64,000 nucleotides of DNA, from positions 451,053 through 515,052 of the forward strand of contig CAYVLY010000001.1 of NCBI GenBank assembly GCA_964452565.1, read 5' to 3'. The notes below the pieces were generated by a model that was given only the letters and a program-made list of their open reading frames with translations, was not told the DNA's origin and ran no database searches. This document shows, piece by piece, positions 38,614 to 47,598 of this stretch. This stretch comes from an uncultured Gammaproteobacteria bacterium (lineage in GTDB: Bacteria > Patescibacteriota > Patescibacteriia > UBA9934). Numbering within the stretch: the stretch's first letter is position 1; every line of letters begins with the position of its first letter. The translations under genes and the position numbers were made by a program.

Positions 38614-39372
38614 ATGTTACGATTTCATTATATGCCGAAATCAGGATTTCTTCTAATCAATAAACCACAAGGCTGGACAAGCTTTGATGTTGTTGCAAAA
38701 CTGCGCACGATCACGAACATAAAAAAGATTGGTCATGCTGGAACACTTGATCCGTTTGCGACTGGGCTTTTGATAATAGCAATAGGCCGTGAAGCAACAC
38801 GAGAAATAGACAAACTCATGGGATTGGATAAAGAATACCTCGCAGAGTTTGTTCTTGGTGCCACAACTGAGAGTCTTGATACTGAGACTGAGGTAAAGAT
38901 CGATGATGACATGCCAGAACTTTCACAAGACCAGATCCTGGCCACCATGCAAGAACTGACCGGCGAAATCGATCAGATTCCGCCAATGCACTCAGCAATC
39001 AAAGTTGGCGGGAAACGACTCTATAAAATAGCACGCAAAGGTGAGGAGGTTGAGCGCAAGCCTCGTAAGGTTAGGATCGAACACTTCGAACTTACCTCCC
39101 CTCCTTACGAAGGAGGGGCAGGGGGAGGTCGCACACCGCTAATCCTCGAGGTTCGCATTAAGTGTTCAAGCGGCACGTACATTCGAGCCCTGGCCCGCGA
39201 CCTTGCTGAAAAACTAGGAACTACTGGATACACGCGCGCTCTTTGTCGTACAAAGATCGGAAACTTCAACGTATCTGACGCAATTGAAATCGATCAGATC
39301 GATGACCAAACTTGGCAAAACTTCGTAAAAAACCTTGAAATCGATGCAATTGACGAAAGTGCCCGATCGTGA
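38614..39372 (+). CDS. truB: tRNA pseudouridine(55) synthase TruB carrying a 12-aa in-frame insertion (SPPYEGGAGGGR) encoded by a hairpin repeat
   Basis: GHAGTLDPFATGLL is the catalytic Asp motif, together with MHSAIKVGGKRLYK and CSSGTYIRALARDL. Confidence 0.9.
   Translation: MLRFHYMPKSGFLLINKPQGWTSFDVVAKLRTITNIKKIGHAGTLDPFATGLLIIAIGREATREIDKLMGLDKEYLAEFVLGATTESLDTETEVKIDDDMPELSQDQILATMQELTGEIDQIPPMHSAIKVGGKRLYKIARKGEEVERKPRKVRIEHFELTSPPYEGGAGGGRTPLILEVRIKCSSGTYIRALARDLAEKLGTTGYTRALCRTKIGNFNVSDAIEIDQIDDQTWQNFVKNLEIDAIDESARS
39095..39130 (+). repeat. C-rich/G-rich hairpin repeat cctcccctccttacgaaggaggggcagggggaggtc inserted in-frame inside truB
   Basis: The palindrome CCCCTCCTT-acgaa-GGAGGGG is followed by GGGGAGGTC. 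Related copies lie at 41107-41141 and 41169-41204. Confidence 0.65.
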
Positions 39373-39563
39373 TAGTCTGAGTCTGTAAAAATTAACTGAG
39401 TTTGGAAGAATTTCAGGCATACCGGCAGTATCTATGACTTCATTTTGTACATCTAGCACAAAAATCTTTAATAAAGATTTTGAGCTAACCATCGTGAACA
39501 ATCGAAGAATAGAATCACAGGAATAATTCCTGCCTGTTTTCGTTTCCAACTCCTAAACACTCT

Positions 39564-41099
39564 ATGCTAACACAAGAAGTTGTGATTGCTGCAGGGTTGG
39601 GAGTCTTTTTACTTGGAATTTTGATCGGTTACTTCCTTCGAAAAACCATAATGAAAGGCAAGGCGAAGTCTGTAGAGGCTCGCGCTGAAAAAATCCTACA
39701 CAAAGCAAAGTCACAAGAAAAAGAAATTCTTCTTCAAGCAAAGGAAAAGGCTATCAAGGCTCTTGAGGAAGGTAAGAAAGAAGCTGAGGCACGAAGACGC
39801 GAACTTCAATCTCAGCAATCACGTCTAGAAAATCGCGAAAACAAATTTGACCAACAGCTACTTGCACTTGAGGATCGAAAATCCAAGCTTGATGCTCAAC
39901 GCAAAGAAGTGGACCAAGTAAAAGCAAAGATTGATGAGATCAAGCATGAGCAGCTTGATAAACTTCAGAAGATTGCCGGTCTTACTCACGAGCAAGCTCG
40001 TGAAGAACTTTTGAATGCTATTGAGCAGGCAGAAAAAGAGACCCTACTCAATCGAATGCACAAGCTTGAGCAGGTTAGTGAAGAAGAAGTTGAGAAACGC
40101 GCAAAGTCAATTATCTCTTTGGCGGTGCAACGCTTTGCTGCAAGTCATGTTTCTGATGCAACAACAACAATGGTTGAACTTCCATCAGATGAAATGAAAG
40201 GACGCATCATTGGTAAGGAAGGTCGAAACATTAAAACTTTGGAGCGACTTACAGGTTGCGAGTTGATCATCGACGATACACCGGAGATGATTATGATTAG
40301 TGGATTCTCCCCTGTCCGACGTCAGGTTGCGAACCGTGCTCTTAAAGCACTTATTAAAGATGGTCGCATTCAACCAGCACGCATTGAAGACGCAGTGACT
40401 GAGGCCAAGAAGGGTCTTGCCAAGGAGATGAAAAAGGCTGGAGAAGATGCACTATACGAACTTGGGATCCCAGTTTCATCTATTGATCCAAAGTTGATTT
40501 CAATCTTGGGTCGACTCAGGTTCAGAACAAGTTATGGTCAGAATGTACTGCAGCACTCAATTGAGGTTGCCCGCATCTCTGGAATGCTTGCTGAAGAGCT
40601 TGGTGCAAATGTATTTGACTGTAAGAAGGGTGGTCTGTTCCATGACATTGGAAAGGCAGTTGATCACGACATGCAAGGTGCACACCCAGAGATCGGATAC
40701 AACATCATGAAAAAGTTTGGATTCCCTGAGGAGCTTTGTTACCAGTCAATCGCCCATCATGAGGACAAACCAAAAACTATCGAAGGTGTAATCGTCAAAG
40801 CAGCTGATGCTATTAGCGGAGCACGTCCTGGTGCACGTCGCAACACGCTCGAAGAGTACATTCAGCGACTCCAGAATCTTGAACAAACTGCTAGTGAATT
40901 TGAAGGAGTTGAAAAGGCTTATGCGATCCAAGCTGGACGAGAGGTTCGTGTATTTGTACAGCCTAATGAGGTTGATGAATACACTTCTGAGAACCTTGCT
41001 CGTGAGATTGCAAAGAAGATTGAATCAGAACTCACGTATCCTGGAGAAGTGCGCGTGACCGTGATTAGAGAGACGCGTGCAACCGAGTACGCTCGATAA
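39564..41099 (+). CDS. rny: ribonuclease Y
   Basis: 511 aa with an N-terminal transmembrane helix, a coiled coil, a KH domain (GKEGRNIKTLERLTG) and an HD domain (LFHDIGKAVDH...HHED). Confidence 0.9.
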   Translation: MLTQEVVIAAGLGVFLLGILIGYFLRKTIMKGKAKSVEARAEKILHKAKSQEKEILLQAKEKAIKALEEGKKEAEARRRELQSQQSRLENRENKFDQQLLALEDRKSKLDAQRKEVDQVKAKIDEIKHEQLDKLQKIAGLTHEQAREELLNAIEQAEKETLLNRMHKLEQVSEEEVEKRAKSIISLAVQRFAASHVSDATTTMVELPSDEMKGRIIGKEGRNIKTLERLTGCELIIDDTPEMIMISGFSPVRRQVANRALKALIKDGRIQPARIEDAVTEAKKGLAKEMKKAGEDALYELGIPVSSIDPKLISILGRLRFRTSYGQNVLQHSIEVARISGMLAEELGANVFDCKKGGLFHDIGKAVDHDMQGAHPEIGYNIMKKFGFPEELCYQSIAHHEDKPKTIEGVIVKAADAISGARPGARRNTLEEYIQRLQNLEQTASEFEGVEKAYAIQAGREVRVFVQPNEVDEYTSENLAREIAKKIESELTYPGEVRVTVIRETRATEYAR

Positions 41100-41106
41100 A
41101 CTAGAT

Positions 41107-41141
41107 TCCCCCTCCTTCGAAAGGAGGGGTTAGGGGAGGTC
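41107..41141. repeat. Hairpin repeat copy ccccctccttcgaaaggaggggttaggggaggtc
   Basis: CCCCTCCTT-cgaaa-GGAGGGG, then GGGGAGGTC; intergenic between rny and hup. Confidence 0.6.
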
Positions 41142-41168
41142 CATTAGCTCTAATTAATTCGATCAAAA

Positions 41169-41204
41169 CCCCCTCCATCTCCCCCTTCGAAAGGGGGAGG
41201 GGCA
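41169..41204. repeat. Hairpin repeat variant ccccctccatctcccccttcgaaagggggaggggc
   Basis: CCCCCTTCGAAAGGGGG is a palindrome, with flanking CCCTCC and GGAGGGG. Confidence 0.55.
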
Positions 41205-41273
41205 AAACGGGCCTTGAACAAAATCGCCAATCTTGGTATTATATCTATTGAAAACTAGTAATAAAGATCATTT

Positions 41274-41672
41274 ATGAATAAAGCTACACTTGCTCTCAAG
41301 ATTTCAGAACGATTGAATATTCCAAAAAAGGATGCAGAAGACTTCATTGCGATGTTTCAAGAAGTTGTAATTGATGCTCTAAGGCGTGACGAGGAAGTAA
41401 CAATCGCAGGTTTTGGAACATTCTCATCTCGTGTTCGACATGCTCGCAAAGGCGTGAACCCACGAAAGCCAAATGAAATGATTGATGTACCTGCAGTAAA
41501 AGTTCCAAAGTTCAAAGCTGGAAAGCGACTCAAGGATGATTTGAAGGCAAGTATGGCAAGTTCAGCTCCTTCGGAAGAGCCAGAGCCAAAGCCAGAACCA
41601 GCTGCACCTGCACCAGAAACACCAGCTGAAGAGACTCCGGCACCAACGCCAGAAACACCAGCGGCTGAGTAA
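41274..41672 (+). CDS. hup: DNA-binding protein HU/IHF family with a Pro/Ala/Glu-rich C-terminal tail
   Basis: TIAGFGTFSSRVRHARKGVNPRKP..VPAVKVPKFKAGKRLKD is the HU beta-arm. The tail is EPEPKPEPAAPAPETPAEETPAPTPETPAAE. Confidence 0.85.
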   Translation: MNKATLALKISERLNIPKKDAEDFIAMFQEVVIDALRRDEEVTIAGFGTFSSRVRHARKGVNPRKPNEMIDVPAVKVPKFKAGKRLKDDLKASMASSAPSEEPEPKPEPAAPAPETPAEETPAPTPETPAAE

Positions 41673-41687
41673 TGTCAAAATAAAAAA

Positions 41688-41720
41688 GAACTGATCCTCG
41701 CGATCGGTTCTTTTGTTTCT
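41688..41720 (+). terminator. Intrinsic terminator after hup: GAACTGATC ctcgc GATCGGTTC followed by TTTTGTTTCT
   Basis: A 9-bp stem with one mismatch, then a T-run. Confidence 0.6.
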
Positions 41721-41777
41721 AGAAACACGAATCCGCGCTGCATCGCAGCGCGGGAGAAAAGATCTGGTGCCGCCAAA

Positions 41778-42233
41778 CTATGGCTCCAGATGCGTGGTGG
41801 TGTCTCGAAACTCTGCCCTACAACTTCTCTTGGCCCTCCTGTTTGCCCGTCTGATCTGGTGCAGCGGCCAATCCGGGTCCTCCAACCTTACGTAGGTGTA
41901 ATTCACCTCTGGCAGCCCTGGCCACAGATTGCACCACTCCAACCACCCAGCCAGATGGAGGTCTTGTCTTTCAATATAGAAATCTACTCGATTCCTTCCA
42001 GAATCCGGAGTGTCGTCAAGTCGGATGGTATAGCCCTCATATATGAACACTACCGTATCCTTTCTTTCAGACGTACCGTGCCACCTGTAGTCAACGTGTT
42101 CCACGTAGCTCGAGCCAGGCACTGAGAAATGTATGCTCATTGGCATGACCGTGTTGTCACCCTCAGCAGAGACGGTCGGGGAAAGCAGAAGGATGTAACA
42201 GGAAATGAAGAGGGAGAGGAGACGACGAGGCAT
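41778..42233 (-). CDS. Hypothetical secreted protein (signal peptide MPRRLLSLFISCYILLLSPTVSA) in a moderately GC-rich cassette
   Basis: AAAGGGG lies 7 nt before the ATG at 42233. The gene is about 55% GC. The track ORF begins further upstream at 42284. Confidence 0.45.
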   Translation of the reverse strand: MPRRLLSLFISCYILLLSPTVSAEGDNTVMPMSIHFSVPGSSYVEHVDYRWHGTSERKDTVVFIYEGYTIRLDDTPDSGRNRVDFYIERQDLHLAGWLEWCNLWPGLPEVNYTYVRLEDPDWPLHQIRRANRRAKRSCRAEFRDTTTHLEP

Positions 42234-42374
42234 GGTAACGCCCCTTTCATGTTCGAACACATCACAAGTGAGGCTGATCCTCATTCGCGACTAAATAAAG
42301 GTAACAGGAAAATCGGCTTATGTAAATCGTTACAGCACAAACTCCGCCGCGTTCTCGGAACGGGCGGAGTTAGG

Positions 42375-43547
42375 CTACACCTTTGGTCTAAATCTGTATA
42401 GCACAGCGCATGCGCTCAAGATTGCCACACTGGTACCAAGCCAGAGCCAAGGGATTACGGATATATCAGATCCAAGTACCTTGAATACTCCGGTTAGCGT
42501 CAACTGCACCGCAACAAGTCCAAAGAGTCCAAGAAAGGATTGCAACGATCCGTAAGTCGCACGATATGCAGAGTCGACTCGCTGCTGCACGTAGGTCTCA
42601 AGATATGGCGTCACCATACCGCGACCGAATTCGTGCACAGCAATCAAGATAACCCATATTACACCACTGCCTGTGGTCCAAACAAATGCCATTGCAACTG
42701 CGACTAGTACAAGCGCCTTGATGGTTCGAATTGCAAGGTGGTTGCGAGCAGACTCTTCATCATTGCCCTGCTTGCGAACAATGAGCCCTGCAATCACGCA
42801 GCAAACGTACATAATGATCCAAATCCATCCAAGTTCAATCTGAGAGAACTGCGTGATCATTAGTGGTGCCCAAAACAAGTTATAAGCACCAAAGAACCCA
42901 GTAGCCAAGTTCACGCCAAGTGCCCAGCGCATGGATCGTGATCCACGCAAGTGCGCAGTAGCATGCTTGAGGGCCTCAAACTCACTCATAGTATGTTCAG
43001 GCTCGCGCCCGCGCATGAAGATCCAGGCGAACACCATAGCAACAATGTACCAAACAGCGCACAAAAGGAACACAAGGCTACGATCAGACCAAGTTACGAG
43101 GTATACACCACAAAGGGTACCTATTGCCGTTGCCACTCCATCCATGATAGTCCTGTTTGCATAAACTTTTTGCAAAGGAATATCACGATCTGGTGCGTCA
43201 GCAATCCAGGCCGTCAAGGCTCCAGTAAAGAATGCTGAGCCTACGGCCCAAAGAGCTTCGGCTAGTAGCGCCGTCCAAAATCCTTGAGCTAGCCATAACG
43301 CAACACCCGCAAGGGCCGTAAAGAGCGCTCCTCCCATTACGGAATACCCTCTGCCGCGTCCATCGGCAAGCATGCCGGTTGGAAGCTCAAAAAAGATCAG
43401 GAAGACAAAGAACAGTGCATTGATCAGAGTTACCTGACTGTAGCTCAAACCAATATCCAAAAGATAGAGCACATAGATCGAACTAATCGATCCCATACCC
43501 AGTCTCGTGAGGAAAGTGAAGATGTAGAACGCTTTTGTTGAGCGCAT
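42375..43547 (-). CDS. MFS-type transporter
   Basis: 390 aa, 12 transmembrane helices, and an MGGALFTALAGVAL-type MFS signature region. Confidence 0.65.
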   Translation of the reverse strand: MRSTKAFYIFTFLTRLGMGSISSIYVLYLLDIGLSYSQVTLINALFFVFLIFFELPTGMLADGRGRGYSVMGGALFTALAGVALWLAQGFWTALLAEALWAVGSAFFTGALTAWIADAPDRDIPLQKVYANRTIMDGVATAIGTLCGVYLVTWSDRSLVFLLCAVWYIVAMVFAWIFMRGREPEHTMSEFEALKHATAHLRGSRSMRWALGVNLATGFFGAYNLFWAPLMITQFSQIELGWIWIIMYVCCVIAGLIVRKQGNDEESARNHLAIRTIKALVLVAVAMAFVWTTGSGVIWVILIAVHEFGRGMVTPYLETYVQQRVDSAYRATYGSLQSFLGLFGLVAVQLTLTGVFKVLGSDISVIPWLWLGTSVAILSACAVLYRFRPKV

Positions 43548-43705
43548 AGAAGCCTCCTTCGCTTAAAGCGATGGATTGCTTTTGTAGTTGGATGCAGTAC
43601 TAGGAGAAATCGAGCAATTTGCGAGACGTACTAGAGCGTACGACGAGCAAAGAGCGGAGATTTCGACAACGTAATGCGCCAGCTACAGAAGCAAGATGAA
43701 TTAGA

Positions 43706-43732
43706 ATAACCCGGGTTTACCGGGTTATTCCT
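43706..43732. repeat. 27-bp perfect palindrome GAATAACCCGG gttta CCGGGTTATTC in the divergent promoter region between the 42375..43547 transporter gene and 43943..44944
   Basis: An 11-bp perfect inverted repeat around a 5-nt centre, with no T-run on either side. Confidence 0.5.
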
Positions 43733-43942
43733 ACGCTCAAAATGTAAAAATCAATATATTAATTCATTAAACGCATATTAAACCCGGCAAACAAAAGTCC
43801 TGCCCCAACAGAGATACCTGTAGGTAGCGCGAACTTCATGTGATTTCGGGTTAGATATTCCATAACTGTATAAATTTACCGGGATTTAAGAACCATGTCA
43901 AGTGCCGATCTTATAACAAGAGATATGTTAAAATAGACAAAT

Positions 43943-44944
43943 ATGAAACTAGGAATGAAGATAATCTGTTTTCTCACACTGCTAGCAGCTCTGACATTAG
44001 TCCTTATGGTTATTTGGCTAACCACTCAAAATGATACAACGTGGCAGGAATTGACATACGAGGAATACCAGGAAGAGGATAAAGAAGAAGCATGGAGCCT
44101 TGTGAATAATGTACTTGAGATAAGCAATAATGAGGGTAGTATCTTAATGGCCGACGTGATACTTCTGGATGATGGGTCTTACCGGATGTACTACGCAATT
44201 CGTTCGCAGGATGAATCAAGTATACGATTTGCTAATTCCGAAGATGGTATCAATTGGGAAGATGGTGAGGTGATTATACAAGGGAGCGCTGACGCTACTG
44301 CGCAGGATTTCACTCTTGGCGGCCCGAGTGTCATAAAGCTTAACGATGGACGCTATAGGATGTACTACAGCGCAACACCTAAGCAAGAGGATGATCACGA
44401 GCACCCAAACTCGGTTATATTAAGTGCAGTATCTGAAGATGGCATTCATTTTGATGTTGAAGACGGCATTCGAATGGATACTAATAAAAATGACAGTGAT
44501 GCAGAAATACAATTTGCAGGGCATGGTCAATTTTTCATAAATAACGACGATCTATTTGTTGCCGTGATATCTGCAAATAAACTTGATGATGACGGGCCTA
44601 GCGACCTTATGTTATTCATATCTGAAGATGGACTTGATTGGGAGTATGAAAAAACGCTTTTTGCAGATTGGCACGATCCAGTTATTGTTTACCACAATGG
44701 CGTGTACAAAATGTATGCGACTTATTTGAAAGAATGGCAAGGAATAGCAATGTCTACGGACGGTCTATCTTGGTCAATAGAGATGAGTTCAGTGAAAATA
44801 CAAAATCAAGAAGGTATAACTCTAATAGATAATGAACTAGGCGGCGGTGACATAGGCGCAGTAGTTACAAAAGAAGATGACATTCTGTTATATACCAACT
44901 TTGGAAAACCATCATCAAGTATTGCAGTATTTCAAAAAGACTAG
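43943..44944 (+). CDS. Membrane-anchored BNR/Asp-box repeat beta-propeller protein (sialidase or glycoside-hydrolase-like)
   Basis: An N-terminal transmembrane helix is followed by repeated S-x-D-G-x-x-W Asp-boxes (SEDGINWEDG, SEDGLDWEYE, STDGLSWSIE) and DG-YRMYY blades. Confidence 0.55.
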   Translation: MKLGMKIICFLTLLAALTLVLMVIWLTTQNDTTWQELTYEEYQEEDKEEAWSLVNNVLEISNNEGSILMADVILLDDGSYRMYYAIRSQDESSIRFANSEDGINWEDGEVIIQGSADATAQDFTLGGPSVIKLNDGRYRMYYSATPKQEDDHEHPNSVILSAVSEDGIHFDVEDGIRMDTNKNDSDAEIQFAGHGQFFINNDDLFVAVISANKLDDDGPSDLMLFISEDGLDWEYEKTLFADWHDPVIVYHNGVYKMYATYLKEWQGIAMSTDGLSWSIEMSSVKIQNQEGITLIDNELGGGDIGAVVTKEDDILLYTNFGKPSSSIAVFQKD

Positions 44945-44958
44945 ACCATAATTAAAAA

Positions 44959-45051
44959 ACCAGCCCCACCCCATCACCATCCCGAACGAAGTGAGGGATC
45001 TTCTTGAGAAGACCTCTCGCTATGCTCGAGGTGGTGTGAGGGAGGCTGGTT
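44959..45051. terminator. Long imperfect hairpin (AACCAGCC...GGCTGGTT) between the convergent 43943..44944 and proS genes; probable bidirectional terminator
   Basis: A-run before the stem and T-rich tract after it on both strands. Confidence 0.45.
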
Positions 45052-45077
45052 CTTTAATATATGTTTTGAATTCTGTA

Positions 45078-46349
45078 TTACTCCTTGACCCAACCTGCGA
45101 CCTCTTTGACAGCACCCTCGATTTTCACGAATCGCATGTCATCAGACGCACGTTCCTTCCACTCAACCGAATCGTCTGCAAGGGTTTTTTCTGATACAAC
45201 CAATCGGATCGGGAGACCGATTAGATCAGCATCGGCAAACTTTTCACCAAAAGACTGATCGATCCGATCGTTCCAAAGAACTTCGACTCCTGCCTTTTGA
45301 AGGTCGCCATAGAGAGATTCAGATACTGAATCGATTCGACCCTGAACAGTTTCATCTTTCGAAGCTAACGACACGATATGGACAGTAAATGGCGCAACGC
45401 TCTTTGGCCAGATTATTCCCTTGTCGTCATGACTTGCCTCAACGATAGCTCCCATTGTTCTTGATGGCCCAATACCATAACATCCCATCATCACCGGCTT
45501 CTCTTCCCCATCCTCATCTGTATATGTGTAGTCAAATGCTTCCGAGTACTTAGTTTTGAGTGGAAAAATATTACCAACTTCGATTGCTTTAACTTCTTTA
45601 ACCTTTCCAGATCCTTTGGGAGCATCATCTCCATCTTTCATGTCTGGGAACAACTCATCATTCCAAGCATAGTCTCCTGCTTCATTCACATAGATTGTAT
45701 CCTCACCGCTCTCTGTGGGCATTTGGAATTCATGACTCCACTTTGAGAAAGATCCACCTGAAGCTTCTGTGACGATTGCATTAATTCCACATCTTTCGAA
45801 AACATTCTTATATGCCTCAAGTGCCTTTTGATAATACGCTTCCATATCCTCTTCTGATGTGTGGAAACTATAGAGATCCTTCATGTTGAACTCGCGACCA
45901 CGAAGGATTCCTGCCTTACACCGAAGCTCGTTCCTAAACTTATCCTGAATCTGATAAACAGCAAATGGAAAATCTTTGTATGAGCGTGCGAACTTCTTAG
46001 CTAGCGGTGTCACGATCTCTTCGTGTGTTGCACCAAGTGCATATTCTTTGTCCCCAGCTCCATCAAGCTTAAACAAAACATCAAGCCCATCCCAGCGTCC
46101 TGTTGCCTGCCAATTCTCTTTTGGAGCAAGCGCAGGCATAAGAATCTCCTGTCCACCAATTGCGTTCATCTCCTCGCGAACAATGTTTTGAATCTTACCC
46201 AACACACGGAGACCAAGTGGCAAGTAAGTGTAGACACCTGACATGACTTGATCAACAAAACCAGCCTGCACTAGAAAGCGTGCATTTGCGCTGTCGGCAT
46301 CTGCTGGAACCTGCTTAGAGGTTTTTGTAAATAACTGAGACTGCTTCAT
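45078..46349 (-). CDS. proS: prolyl-tRNA synthetase (short form without the editing insertion)
   Basis: 423 aa with class II motifs (FRNELRCKAGILRGREF, GCYGIG) and an anticodon-binding C-terminus. Confidence 0.9.
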   Translation of the reverse strand: MKQSQLFTKTSKQVPADADSANARFLVQAGFVDQVMSGVYTYLPLGLRVLGKIQNIVREEMNAIGGQEILMPALAPKENWQATGRWDGLDVLFKLDGAGDKEYALGATHEEIVTPLAKKFARSYKDFPFAVYQIQDKFRNELRCKAGILRGREFNMKDLYSFHTSEEDMEAYYQKALEAYKNVFERCGINAIVTEASGGSFSKWSHEFQMPTESGEDTIYVNEAGDYAWNDELFPDMKDGDDAPKGSGKVKEVKAIEVGNIFPLKTKYSEAFDYTYTDEDGEEKPVMMGCYGIGPSRTMGAIVEASHDDKGIIWPKSVAPFTVHIVSLASKDETVQGRIDSVSESLYGDLQKAGVEVLWNDRIDQSFGEKFADADLIGLPIRLVVSEKTLADDSVEWKERASDDMRFVKIEGAVKEVAGWVKE

Positions 46350-46450
46350 ACAAAATCGAATTAATTCTTATACAGACTACCGTTTTTGAACCAAAACCGC
46401 AAACAGCAAACAAAAAAGCACATGTAATCCATGCGCCTTTTTCTCATTAT

Positions 46451-46654
46451 TTAACCAATATACTCTCCCACGAAATGTCCGGCAATTAATAATACTCCGA
46501 TAAAGAAAATTGTGAGTACTACATTCACTGCAGCCTGAGCGATCTTATCGTCGCGTGCGAAAGAAAAGAAAATCACTAAGGCAAAACCAAGAATAAGCGC
46601 CGCTGGCACAACAGTGAGGACAATTCCTACAAATAAAATCATTGACATATTCAT
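46451..46654 (-). CDS. Hypothetical small membrane protein (67 aa, 2 transmembrane helices)
   Basis: MNMSMILFVGIVLTVVPAALILGFALVIFFSF...VVLTIFFIGVLLIAGHF. Confidence 0.4.
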   Translation of the reverse strand: MNMSMILFVGIVLTVVPAALILGFALVIFFSFARDDKIAQAAVNVVLTIFFIGVLLIAGHFVGEYIG

Positions 46655-46758
46655 AACTTGAGTATAACAGACTAGCCTGAATTGGGTGAGATGTCAAGAA
46701 ATGCAAACCGCCTCCCATGAGGAGCATCCTCATTGGAAGGCGTGCAAGAAAGGCCGGG

Positions 46759-46989
46759 TCAGGCCACAGATATTACCCCAGATGGGACAACAACGAACAC
46801 GGTGCCAAGTCGCAAGATCCTGACTTTGCGTCGTCGCTTATAGCCCCTCCTGGGCTGTGGTCTTCTGTCACTGTAAGAGTCCCAGGCCGTGTGGCCATAA
46901 GTGGGACAGCTCATTGGTGGTGGGATTTGCACCCCAAGTGGTGCCAGACCTCCGGCGCCACAGTACTTCAGTGTTGCGAGTTGCGGCAT
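46759..46989 (-). CDS. Small basic protein (76 aa), paralog B of the GAGGLAPLGV-motif family
   Basis: GGAG sits 6 nt before the ATG and the gene is GC-rich. The protein MPQLATLKYCGAGGLAPLGVQIPPPMSCP... shares its core with 12356..12598 through synonymous changes. The conserved 3' end ctgacccgg includes the stop codon. Confidence 0.55.
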   Translation of the reverse strand: MPQLATLKYCGAGGLAPLGVQIPPPMSCPTYGHTAWDSYSDRRPQPRRGYKRRRKVRILRLGTVFVVVPSGVISVA

Positions 46990-47185
46990 TTTAGACTCCT
47001 TTGGGTTAGAAGTCCGAAATCGCTGACTCGGCGTTTTACCCCTTGTGTTTTAATTCCAGCATCTCTGCTAGAATCTGACCCGGTAACACTATCCATTATA
47101 TCGATGTATCTTGAACTCATAAAATAGATGTGTGGGTAGAAAAATGAAAAACAAAAAAACCTTAGGCAAAAACCTAGGGCTTTTT

Positions 47186-47203
47186 TGGTACACCGGGTGG
47201 GAC
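47186..47203 (-). repeat. 18-nt exact duplicate of the tRNA-Lys 3' end (tggtacaccgggtgggac), 147 nt downstream of the intact tRNA; looks like an att-site scar
   Basis: Identical to 47351-47368, with the same T-run flank. The intervening 147 nt are GC-rich. Confidence 0.7.
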
Positions 47204-47350
47204 GTCGGCCTTCGGCCTCCCAGCCTGCGTCGCTCGGAAATGCCCGAGCTCAGCTCGGTCACTTCTCTCGCTATCCTTAGCTGAACGAACCTGTACTGTG
47301 GGTTCTCGTCCTCCGCATCAAAAGAACCGCAGACGAATCTACGGTTCTTT

Positions 47351-47427
47351 TGGTACACCGGGTGGGACTCGAACCCACGACCCACTGATTAAGAGTCAGT
47401 TGCTCTAACCAACTGAGCTACCGGTGC
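47351..47427 (-). tRNA. tRNA-Lys (anticodon CTT)
   Basis: Manual fold: acceptor GCACCGG/CCGGTGT, D-stem GCTC/GAGC, anticodon stem ACTGA/TCAGT with loop CTCTTAA, T-arm GTGGG-TTCGAGT-CCCAC, discriminator A, and an encoded CCA. Confidence 0.85.
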
Positions 47428-47428
47428 C

Positions 47429-47505
47429 TGGCGCGGCGTGAGGGATTCGAACCCCCGACCTACTGGTCCGAAGCCAGTCGCTCTATCCAGCTGAGCTAAC
47501 GCCGC
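47429..47505 (-). tRNA. tRNA-Arg (anticodon TCG)
   Basis: Manual fold: acceptor GCGGCGT/ACGCCGC, D-stem GCTC/GAGC, anticodon stem ACTGG/CCAGT with loop CTTCGGA, T-arm GGGGG-TTCGAAT-CCCTC, and an encoded CCA. It is separated from tRNA-Lys by 1 nt. Confidence 0.85.
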
Positions 47506-47598
47506 ATTGCAGCGAAATAATACGCCAATTTTCATAATAAGTCAAGACAAAACCCCTGAGTTTATCAGGGGTTTATTGATCTTATTATCGGCCGGTTG

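Noticed and set aside
43870-43942. 13-aa upstream ORF (MSSADLITRDMLK) ending 6 nt before the BNR-propeller gene start, as a leader peptide
   Set aside because: There is no Shine-Dalgarno motif and nothing to distinguish it from chance at this length.
44959-45051. Partial resemblance of ccacccc..ccatcccgaacgaagtgaggga to the 5S rRNA loop-C region (CCGAAC..GAAGTGAAAC)
   Set aside because: It is too short and lacks helix II/III partners. It sits exactly between convergent genes with A and T runs on both sides, so a long bidirectional terminator hairpin is the simpler reading.
47204-47350. The 147-nt GC-rich segment ending in ...gtcccacccggtgtacca as a tmRNA or long-arm tRNA
   Set aside because: Only the last 18 nt match a tRNA (tRNA-Lys). 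There is no T-loop (TTCGA) and no 5' acceptor partner. It is interpreted as an integration remnant.
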